Below, one piece after another: positions 21,681 through 28,765 of a stretch of DNA of 28,765 nucleotides (its first letter is position 1; the number at the start of each line of letters is the position of its first letter). Source of the stretch: Vicinamibacterales bacterium (lineage in GTDB: Bacteria; Acidobacteriota; Vicinamibacteria; Vicinamibacterales; UBA2999); the NCBI GenBank assembly GCA_036380235.1, contig DASVFC010000056.1:1-28765 (forward strand). The letters are read 5' to 3'. The notes below the pieces were generated by a model, which was not told the DNA's origin, did no database searches, and worked only from the letters and a program-made list of their open reading frames with translations. The position numbers and the translations under genes are program-made.

Positions 21681-21700
21681 GTTATATCGTCTGATATAAC
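21681..21700. promoter_or_regulatory. Perfect palindrome GTTATATC-N4-GATATAAC, candidate PadR operator
   Basis: 8-bp arms, AT-rich in a GC-rich context, ending 2 nt before the padR GTG. Confidence 0.7.
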
Positions 21701-21702
21701 GC

Positions 21703-22032
21703 GTGAAGAACCGCGTCTACCTGATTCTGCTGGCGCTGGCGCAATCCGACCTCCACGGACTGGGCATCGCGCGCGAGGTGCAAGAGCTCTCGGACGGTCA
21801 AACACGGCTCTGGCCCGCCTCGTTGTACGGAACGCTCGACGAGCTCGAAGAAGCCGGGCTGATCGAAGAGCTCGACGATCCCCGGCGGCCGGCTGATGAA
21901 AGCGAAAAGAAACGCTTCTACCGATTGAGTCGTGCCGGCCATCGCGCGCTGGCGGCTGAAACCGATCGGCTCGCCGCTTTGGTCAAGGTGGCACGTTCGC
22001 GTTTGAAGCCGCGATCGGGGGACGTGTCGTGA
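21703..22032 (+). CDS. padR: PadR-family transcriptional regulator (Acidobacterial type)
   Basis: ILLAL...HGLGIAREV...LWPASLYGTLDEL...GLIE...KRFYRLSRAG; GTGA overlap with the permease. Confidence 0.9.
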   Translation: MKNRVYLILLALAQSDLHGLGIAREVQELSDGQTRLWPASLYGTLDELEEAGLIEELDDPRRPADESEKKRFYRLSRAGHRALAAETDRLAALVKVARSRLKPRSGDVS

Positions 22033-24668
22033 ACGGCTATCGCCTGCTGATTCGGCTGGCGCCGCGCCGGTTGCGCGACAAGCACGCTCCAGAAATGGAG
22101 GCGCTGTTTCGCGATCGCCTCGCTCACGCGCGGCGGCGCGGAGCGGTTGCGGTCGCAGCGACGTGGCTCAGCGCCGCTTTCGATGTTGTCCTTTCCATTC
22201 CGCTCGAAGCCCGCTATCGATGGCGCCGTCGCGGACGCGTCGGTGTCCCCCGTGAAAGGAAACCGCTCATGCTCGGCTCCGACCTGCGTTATGCCTGGCG
22301 TTCGCTCAGCCACCAGAAACTGGGCACCGGCCTGGTCATCGGCATGCTCGCCCTTGGCATCGGCGCCACCGTTGCCGTGTTCTCGCTGATCAACGGCTTG
22401 TTCCTCCGCCCGTTCCCATTTCCGGAACCGGAGCGACTGGTTTACATCAACGAGACGGCACCAAGGTGGAACCTCGAACAGACGGGGATCAGTTACGCCG
22501 ACTTCGTGGTGTGGCATCGCGATCAGCAGGCGTTCGAAGCGATCGGGCTATACGACGAAACCGCATTTAACATCGCCGGCGAGCAGGGCGCCGATCGCCT
22601 GAACGGTGCGGCCGTGACGATGGATTTCCTCAAGGTGCTTGGGTTGCGGCCGCTGATAGGCCGCTCGTTCACTCGCGAGGAGACGCAGCCGGACGGGCCG
22701 CGGGTCACGATGATCGGCGAGGCGTTGTGGCGCGAACGTTTCGGCGGCCGCGCCGACATCCTCGGCCAGGAACTCCGCCTCAACAGCCGCGTTTATACGG
22801 TGGTCGGCGTGCTGCCGAAAGCCGCGGAGTTTCCAGGCGGGGTGCGCCTGTGGGTGCCGATGCAGAACAACCCCACGAGCCGCGACGGCTACAGTTATGA
22901 GGGCCTCGGCCGGCTGAAACCCGGGGTCACCGTCGAACAGGCCGGCGCTGACCTGTTGCGAGTCCAACAACAAATCTTCGCCGAGCACGACAAGGAACGC
23001 ATCGTCTCGCCGTTCACGCGTCCGTTGCGGGCTCAGTTCACGCGCGACTACGGCACCATCGCGTCCACCCTTGGCGCCGCGGTGGCGCTACTCCTCGCCG
23101 TGGCGTGTGCCAACGTGGCGGCACTGATGCTGGCGCGGGCGCTGGCGCGGCGGCGTGAGATGGGTATTCGCCTGGCGGTTGGCGCCAGCCGCGCCCGGTT
23201 GCTTCGACAACTGCTCGTCGAAAACATCGTCCTCTCCGTTGTCGGCGGAGTGCTCGGACTCCTCGTCGGACACTGGGCCATCCAGCTGCTGCTCACGTCG
23301 CTGCCCGACCAGGCGCCCAGCTGGACCGAGTTCACACTCGATGCACGCATGGTGACGTTCACTCTTGCGATGTCGATGCTGACCGCCGTGCTCTTCGGCT
23401 GGGCACCGGCGCTTCACGCGATGAATTCAGACGTTCGCGGCGCCATGTCCGCGGCAACGGCCGGGTCGACAGCGCCAATCCGCGGCCGCCGCACGTTGTG
23501 GGCGCTCATCGCCGCGGAGTTCGCACTCGCGTCGCTGATGTTCGTGTGCGGCGGCCTGTTGGTAAGGGCCTACGATCGCGTGCGCAACACCGATGTCGGC
23601 TTCGACGCGTCCGGGGTGCTGACGTTCACGGTCAACATTCCGAGCGCAACCTACCCGGACACCGCCAAACGAACCGCTTTCTGGAATCGGCTGCAGGAAC
23701 GCCTGCGAGCCCTCCCCGGTGTCGAGCATGCCGGCGTGGTTTCCTGTGCGCCCATCAGCGGCTGCCACTGGGGCTGGTTGTATTTCGCGGAAGGCGCGCC
23801 GCCGCGCCGCCCTGACGAAGCCAGTCCAATCGTGCTCAATCGCGTCGTCACACCCGAATATTTTGCCGCCATGGGGATCCGGCTGCGCGAAGGCCGCTTC
23901 TTCACCGATCGCGACCTCGTCGATGCGTTCGACAAGGAAAGCTCAATCGTCGTCAATGAGGCTTTCGTGAGGACCTTCTGGCCCGATGGCGGTTCGGTCG
24001 TCGGCAAGCGAGTAAAGAACGGCGAAAAAGCGCCGTGGCGCACCGTCGTCGGCGTCGTGCACGACATCAAGCACTATGGCCTCGAACAGCCGGTCCGACC
24101 CGGCGTTTACATTCCCGTCCCGATTCTGTCTGGAATGACGGTGGCGCTGCGAACGGCCGGCGATGCCGCGGTTATCGGACCGGCCGCGCGAGCGGCGTTA
24201 CGTGAGATCGATCCTGAAGTGCCGGCGTTCGACATGCGGACGATGGACGAGCGGCTGGCGCGATCGCGATCGTTGCGCGCGGCATACTCGTGGATGCTCG
24301 GTGTGTTCGCGGTGATGGCTCTGCTCCTCGCGCTAGGCGGCAGCTATGGCGTGACCTCGTATCTGGTCTCGCAACGCACGCGCGAGATGGGCATCCGCGT
24401 TGCGCTAGGCGCCAGCCGCTCCGATATTGCGCGCGCGGTGCTGAGAGGCAGCCTCGCGGTAGTCACACTTGGAGTATTCGCCGGCGTCGTCGGGGCGATC
24501 GGCGCCGGCCGTTTCTTGTCGTCGCTGCTGTTCGGCGTGCCGCCGTACGACGCGGTCATCCTGATCATCGCGATCGTCGCGCTGTTCGCCACCGGCTTGC
24601 TGGCCAACTGGCTGCCGGCGCGGCGGGCGGCACGCGTGGATCCAATGGTGTCGCTCCGCGCCGATTAG
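22029..24668 (+). CDS. ADOP-type duplicated ABC/FtsX-MacB permease with N-terminal prefix domain
   Basis: DLRYAWRSL...LALGIGATVAVFSLINGL, two periplasmic MacB-like domains, two FtsX blocks (LLAVACANVA...RRREMGIRLAVGASR; VSQRTREMGIRVALGA), C-terminal PARRAARVDPMVSLRAD. No ATPase gene nearby. Confidence 0.92.
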   Translation: MNGYRLLIRLAPRRLRDKHAPEMEALFRDRLAHARRRGAVAVAATWLSAAFDVVLSIPLEARYRWRRRGRVGVPRERKPLMLGSDLRYAWRSLSHQKLGTGLVIGMLALGIGATVAVFSLINGLFLRPFPFPEPERLVYINETAPRWNLEQTGISYADFVVWHRDQQAFEAIGLYDETAFNIAGEQGADRLNGAAVTMDFLKVLGLRPLIGRSFTREETQPDGPRVTMIGEALWRERFGGRADILGQELRLNSRVYTVVGVLPKAAEFPGGVRLWVPMQNNPTSRDGYSYEGLGRLKPGVTVEQAGADLLRVQQQIFAEHDKERIVSPFTRPLRAQFTRDYGTIASTLGAAVALLLAVACANVAALMLARALARRREMGIRLAVGASRARLLRQLLVENIVLSVVGGVLGLLVGHWAIQLLLTSLPDQAPSWTEFTLDARMVTFTLAMSMLTAVLFGWAPALHAMNSDVRGAMSAATAGSTAPIRGRRTLWALIAAEFALASLMFVCGGLLVRAYDRVRNTDVGFDASGVLTFTVNIPSATYPDTAKRTAFWNRLQERLRALPGVEHAGVVSCAPISGCHWGWLYFAEGAPPRRPDEASPIVLNRVVTPEYFAAMGIRLREGRFFTDRDLVDAFDKESSIVVNEAFVRTFWPDGGSVVGKRVKNGEKAPWRTVVGVVHDIKHYGLEQPVRPGVYIPVPILSGMTVALRTAGDAAVIGPAARAALREIDPEVPAFDMRTMDERLARSRSLRAAYSWMLGVFAVMALLLALGGSYGVTSYLVSQRTREMGIRVALGASRSDIARAVLRGSLAVVTLGVFAGVVGAIGAGRFLSSLLFGVPPYDAVILIIAIVALFATGLLANWLPARRAARVDPMVSLRAD

Positions 24669-24669
24669 A

Positions 24670-24675
24670 TAGAAT
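24670..24675 (+). promoter_or_regulatory. -10 box TAGAAT, leaderless geometry for the acetamidase gene
   Basis: TAGAAT-CCGCGG-ATG (6-nt spacer) inside a 13-bp intergenic gap. Confidence 0.6.
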
Positions 24676-24681
24676 CCGCGG

Positions 24682-25692
24682 ATGCTCAAGCGCGCATTCG
24701 CGGTGCTCCTCCTCATCATCAGCGCAACCGTCGCGGCTGCCCAGCCGCCGCGAACGCATCGGCTCGAAGCGACGCCGGCAACGGTCGCCTACGGCCACTA
24801 CTGGGCCGAGACCAAGCCGGTCCTGACGATAGAGTCCGGCGACATCATCGACGTCGATACGTTGCTGACGTCGACGCCCAGCGCGCTCGAGAAAGCAGGC
24901 GTGCCGGCGTCGGAGATTCAGCCCTCGCTGCGCGCGATCGTCGAGCAGGTGAAAGATCGCGGGCCCGGCGGCCACATCCTGACGGGACCAGTGTTCGTCA
25001 AGGGCGCCGAGCCAGGTGACGCGCTCGAGGTGAAAGTGCTATCGATCGATCTGCCGATCGATTACGGCTATAACGGCTGCAGCGGTTTCATCCGCTCGAA
25101 CTGCATACCCGGTCGCGGCATCACCATCCTGCGCCTCGATCGCAAGAACATGACCTCGGAGTTTCTCCCCGGCATCGTCATTCCGCTGCGTCCCTTCTTC
25201 GGCAGCATGGGCGTGGCGCCGTCGCTCGCCGTGGGCCGCGTCAGCAGCAATCCGCCGAGCACGCATGCCGGCAACCTGGACAACAAGGAGCTCGTCGCCG
25301 GCACGACGCTGTTGATTCCGGTGCACGTGACCGGTGCGTTGTTCGAGATCGGTGATGGACACGCGGCACAAGGCGACGGCGAGGTCGACCAGACCGCGAT
25401 CGAGACGTCATTGCGCGGGCGCGTGCAGTTGACGGTCCGCAAAGGCATGACGCTGGCGTGGCCGCGGGCCGAGACCGACACCCACTTCATCAGCATGGGT
25501 ACCGACGTCGACCTTACCGCGGCAACGCGCATCGCCATCCAGGAGATGGTCGACTTCCTGGCGGCGACGAAGAAGATGGACAAACATCAGGCTTACCAGT
25601 TGACCAGCCTCGCCGGAGACGTTGCCATCACGCAGCTGGTGGACGGCACCATGGGCGTGCATGTGAAGATGCCGAAGTCGATCTTCAAATGA
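24682..25692 (+). CDS. Acetamidase/formamidase family protein with signal peptide
   Basis: GHILTGPVFVKGAEPGDALEV, PFFGSMGV, HAGNLDNKEL, GDGHAAQGDGEV; signal peptide ending TVAAA-Q. Confidence 0.9.
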   Translation: MLKRAFAVLLLIISATVAAAQPPRTHRLEATPATVAYGHYWAETKPVLTIESGDIIDVDTLLTSTPSALEKAGVPASEIQPSLRAIVEQVKDRGPGGHILTGPVFVKGAEPGDALEVKVLSIDLPIDYGYNGCSGFIRSNCIPGRGITILRLDRKNMTSEFLPGIVIPLRPFFGSMGVAPSLAVGRVSSNPPSTHAGNLDNKELVAGTTLLIPVHVTGALFEIGDGHAAQGDGEVDQTAIETSLRGRVQLTVRKGMTLAWPRAETDTHFISMGTDVDLTAATRIAIQEMVDFLAATKKMDKHQAYQLTSLAGDVAITQLVDGTMGVHVKMPKSIFK

Positions 25693-26156
25693 AATTGCTC
25701 GTCGCCATCATTGCGCTCGCGGCCGTTGGGTGCGGTTCGCCGGACCCGGCTGCGCCCGCAGCGGCACCGGCCCAAGCGAAGGATTCTCAACATGCCGGCA
25801 TCACCACGCCACATGGCGACCATTCGCCGCATCATGGCGGGATGGTGTTGATGCAAGGCGAGCTGCATTACGAAGTGGTGCTCGACGCCAAAGGCCGGCA
25901 TGCCGTCTGGTTCAGCGACGCTGTGCGCGCCGACCTGCCGGCCTCCGTGGCGTCGAAAGTCGAAATGACCGTCGTGCGCCCGAACGCCCCCGCCGAGATG
26001 TTGACGCTGGCGATCGACGACAGTGGCGAGAGCTGGGTCGCGTCAGGACAGCCGCTTGCGGGTTCCGACGTGATGGTCAGGCTTGTGTTTACTGCGCGCG
26101 GCGAGTCCCACGAGATCGAAATCCCCTACGTGCAGTCGCCGGCCGCGCAACAATAG
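25689..26156 (+). CDS. His-rich hypothetical lipoprotein
   Basis: From ATG 25689: MKLLVAIIALAAVG-C lipobox; HGDHSPHHGG motif and HYEVV; ATGA overlap with the upstream stop. Confidence 0.75.
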   Translation: MKLLVAIIALAAVGCGSPDPAAPAAAPAQAKDSQHAGITTPHGDHSPHHGGMVLMQGELHYEVVLDAKGRHAVWFSDAVRADLPASVASKVEMTVVRPNAPAEMLTLAIDDSGESWVASGQPLAGSDVMVRLVFTARGESHEIEIPYVQSPAAQQ

Positions 26157-26164
26157 ATGCGCGC

Positions 26165-27166
26165 ATGCTCATCGAAACCGCCCAGGGTCTGTACTGTCCC
26201 GACGGCGACTTTCATGTCGATCCGTGGGCGCCGGTCGCGCGCGCGCTGATCACCCATGCGCATGGCGATCATGCGCGCTTCGGCAGCTCCGCCTACCTGT
26301 GCACCGATCAGTGCGCTGCGCTGCTGCGGCGACGATTTGGATCGGACGCCGTCATCGAATCGACGCCGTACGGCCGGCCACTCACGCTCGGCTCGACGCG
26401 CGTCAGTTTCCATCCCGCCGGTCACGTGCTGGGCTCGGCTCAGATCCGCATCGAAGGCGCGGGCGGGGTATGGGTGATCTCGGGCGACTACAAGCGCGCG
26501 CCAGATCCCACGTGCACTCCATTCGAGCCGGTGTCCTGCGACACGTTCGTGACAGAAAGCACCTTCGCCCTGCCGATCTACCGCTGGGACGCCACTGAAA
26601 CGGTGATCGCCGACATGATGGCGTGGTGGGACGGCAACCGCGAGCGCGGGCTGACGTCGATCGTGTTCTGCTACACCATCGGCAAGGCGCAACGGCTCCT
26701 GGCGGAGCTGGCACGCGTCACCGATCGACCGGTGCTCGTCCACGGCATGCTGGTGCCGATGATCGAGGTATATCGAGCGCAGGGCGTGGCGATGGTGGAA
26801 ACGCAGACCTTGATCGATCGGCCGCGCGGCACGTCGCTGGCCGGCGAGCTGGTGTTGGCGCCGCCGTCAGCGCGCGGTACACCCTGGATGCGGCGGCTCG
26901 GCGAGCTGTCGGACGCGCTGACCTCGGGCCTGATGCGCGTGCGTGGCGTGCGGAGGCAACGCGCGTACGATCGTGGTTTCGTCATCTCCGATCACGCTGA
27001 CTGGCCTGCCCTGCTCGACACCATCACCGCGACCGGCGCGCGACGTGTGATTGCTACGCACGGCCATGCCGAGCCGCTGGCGCGCTTTCTGCGAGAGCAC
27101 GGCATTGACTCTGGGGTGATGCGCACCGCCTGGGAGGATGAGGGCGGCGCAGACGACTACGAATGA
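26165..27166 (+). CDS. Ligase-associated DNA damage response exonuclease (MBL/beta-CASP fold)
   Basis: From ATG 26165: FHVDPW, ITHAHGDH, HPAGHVLGSAQ, SGDYKR, FVTESTFALP, FVISDHADW, ATHG; coupled to the ligase by an ATGA overlap. Confidence 0.92.
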   Translation: MLIETAQGLYCPDGDFHVDPWAPVARALITHAHGDHARFGSSAYLCTDQCAALLRRRFGSDAVIESTPYGRPLTLGSTRVSFHPAGHVLGSAQIRIEGAGGVWVISGDYKRAPDPTCTPFEPVSCDTFVTESTFALPIYRWDATETVIADMMAWWDGNRERGLTSIVFCYTIGKAQRLLAELARVTDRPVLVHGMLVPMIEVYRAQGVAMVETQTLIDRPRGTSLAGELVLAPPSARGTPWMRRLGELSDALTSGLMRVRGVRRQRAYDRGFVISDHADWPALLDTITATGARRVIATHGHAEPLARFLREHGIDSGVMRTAWEDEGGADDYE

Positions 27167-28765
27167 AGCGCTTCGCCGGACTATTCGAGGCCATCGATCA
27201 CACCACCTCGACCAACGCGAAGGTCGGCGCGATCGTGGCGTATCTGGTCTCGGCGCCTGCCGCCGACGCCGCATGGGCGGTCTTCTTCCTGACCGGCCGC
27301 CGATTGAAGCGCTTGCTCCCCGGACGATCGATCGGCCAATGGGCGACCACCGCCACCGGCGTCAACGACTGGATGCTCGACGAATGCTACGCGGTCGTTG
27401 GTGATGCCGCCGAAACCGCCACGCTCATCCTCGATCAGCTGCCGGCGGCGGCCGCGCCTTCGCTGAGCCTTGCCAGCTGGGTTGAGGACCGCATCATGCC
27501 GTTGCGTGATCTCGACCCCGGCACGCAACAACGCCGCGTCATCGCCTGGGTGCGCGAGTTGGATCGCTGGGAGCGCTTCACCTTGCTGAAGATGCTCACC
27601 GGCGAGCTGCGCCTGGGCGTCTCGCAAACACTTGTTGTCCGCGCCGTGGCGCAGGCCGCGTCGTTGCCGGCAACGACAATCGCCGCCCGATTAATGGGCG
27701 AATGGACGCCGACGGCGAGCTGGTATGAGCGCCTGATCGCACCGGAAATGACCGATGACGATCGATCGCGGCCTTTTCCGTTTTGCCTGGCCTCGCCGCT
27801 CGAAGGAGCGGTGACCCCACAAACACTGCTGGATGAGCTCGGTGTCGTGGACCTGTGGCAGGTCGAATGGAAATGGGACGGCATTCGCGCGCAGCTGATC
27901 AAACGCGCCGGTCAGACGCATCTGTGGTCACGTGGCGAGGAGCTCATCACGCAACGCTTTCCGGAGGTGATCGAAGCGGCGCAAGCGCTCGCGGACGGTA
28001 CCGTTCTCGACGGCGAGATCCTGGCGTTTCGCGGCGATCGCCCGCTGCCCTTCTCGGCGCTGCAGCAACGCATTGGCCGAGAGCGGCAAGTCTCCCGCAC
28101 CGCGCGCGACATCCCCGTGGTGTTCATGGCGTATGACGTGCTCGAACACGAGGGCATCGATATCCGCCAGGAGCCGTTGTCGACACGACGGCGGCGGCTC
28201 GATGCGATTGTCGCCGGCGCACAGGCCGCCACTGCGCCACCGGTGACCTCGCGTCCCGATATGTTGCTGCCCTTCGAGGATGACGACGGCCACTCGCCGC
28301 CGCGGCATGCCATGCGCGTATCACCGCTCGTCGACGCCGGTTCATGGGATGACCTGGCCGCGATCCGTCGCACGTCACGCGAGCTCGGCGTCGAGGGCCT
28401 GATGCTCAAGCGATTGACCTCCGCCTACTCGGTCGGTCGCAAGCGCGGCGACTGGTGGAAATGGAAAATCGATCCGTTCACGATCGACGCCGTGCTGATC
28501 TACGCGCAGCCGGGGTCGGGCAAGCGCGCCAGCCTTCTGAGCGACTACACCTTCGGCGTCTGGCACAACGGCGAGCTGGTGCCGGTGGCGAAGGCGTATT
28601 CAGGATTGACGAACGAGGAGATCGCCGAAGTGGACCGCTGGATTCGCCGCCACACGGTGGAACGGTTTGGTCCGGTCCGTCACGTCGAACCGGTGCACGT
28701 GTTTGAACTGGGGTTCGAGGCCATCGCGCCCGGTCGTCGCGCCATCGCTCTGGCATCGCAGTGCG
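27163..28765 (+). CDS. ATP-dependent DNA ligase of the ligase-associated DNA damage cassette (3' end runs off the window; apparent frameshift near 28725-28733)
   Basis: Missing from the track (no stop). Manual translation: MKRFAGLF...TTSTNAK...; EWKWDGIRAQ (motif I), LDGEI, FMAYDVLE, EGLMLK, WWKWKIDP, YTFGVW, KAYSGL. Confidence 0.93.
   Translation, partial: MKRFAGLFEAIDHTTSTNAKVGAIVAYLVSAPAADAAWAVFFLTGRRLKRLLPGRSIGQWATTATGVNDWMLDECYAVVGDAAETATLILDQLPAAAAPSLSLASWVEDRIMPLRDLDPGTQQRRVIAWVRELDRWERFTLLKMLTGELRLGVSQTLVVRAVAQAASLPATTIAARLMGEWTPTASWYERLIAPEMTDDDRSRPFPFCLASPLEGAVTPQTLLDELGVVDLWQVEWKWDGIRAQLIKRAGQTHLWSRGEELITQRFPEVIEAAQALADGTVLDGEILAFRGDRPLPFSALQQRIGRERQVSRTARDIPVVFMAYDVLEHEGIDIRQEPLSTRRRRLDAIVAGAQAATAPPVTSRPDMLLPFEDDDGHSPPRHAMRVSPLVDAGSWDDLAAIRRTSRELGVEGLMLKRLTSAYSVGRKRGDWWKWKIDPFTIDAVLIYAQPGSGKRASLLSDYTFGVWHNGELVPVAKAYSGLTNEEIAEVDRWIRRHTVERFGPVRHVEPVHVFELGFEAIAPGRRAIALASQC

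Noticed and set aside
21703-28765. Single operon from padR to the ligase under the PadR operator
   Set aside because: Gaps are small, but TAGAAT-N6-ATG at 24670-24684 suggests an independent promoter; cannot be settled without RNA data.

Overview
GC-rich bacterial chromosomal segment with 25 densely packed protein-coding genes. Gene content (PadR + orphan duplicated ABC permease, VPS10/BNR protein, many signal-peptide proteins) points to Acidobacteriota, probably Vicinamibacterales; this is inferred, not tested. Recognisable modules: a divergent oxyR/katG pair with a visible OxyR box; an exported cyanophycinase-like S51 peptidase + exported amidohydrolase facing an NCS1 permease; ubiX - Cys8 zinc-ribbon protein - pcm; a thiol-dioxygenase-like cupin; Uma2; cbs; an MFS transporter; padR-ADOP; and the first two genes of the ligase-associated DNA damage cassette. 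I found no rRNA, tRNA, CRISPR array, transposase or integrase. The less ordinary signals are: (1) short tandem arrays of period 17, 9, 8 and 7 bp plus a nested REP-like hairpin, mostly at gene boundaries, two of them G-quadruplex-competent; (2) TANNNT -10 boxes 5-7 nt before start codons (leaderless geometry), including one apparently bidirectional promoter; (3) a Pcm with a lipoprotein signal peptide; (4) a thiol dioxygenase lacking the conserved outer-sphere Tyr; (5) a frameshift in the last 40 nt of the ligase. All product calls come from motif recognition, not database searches.
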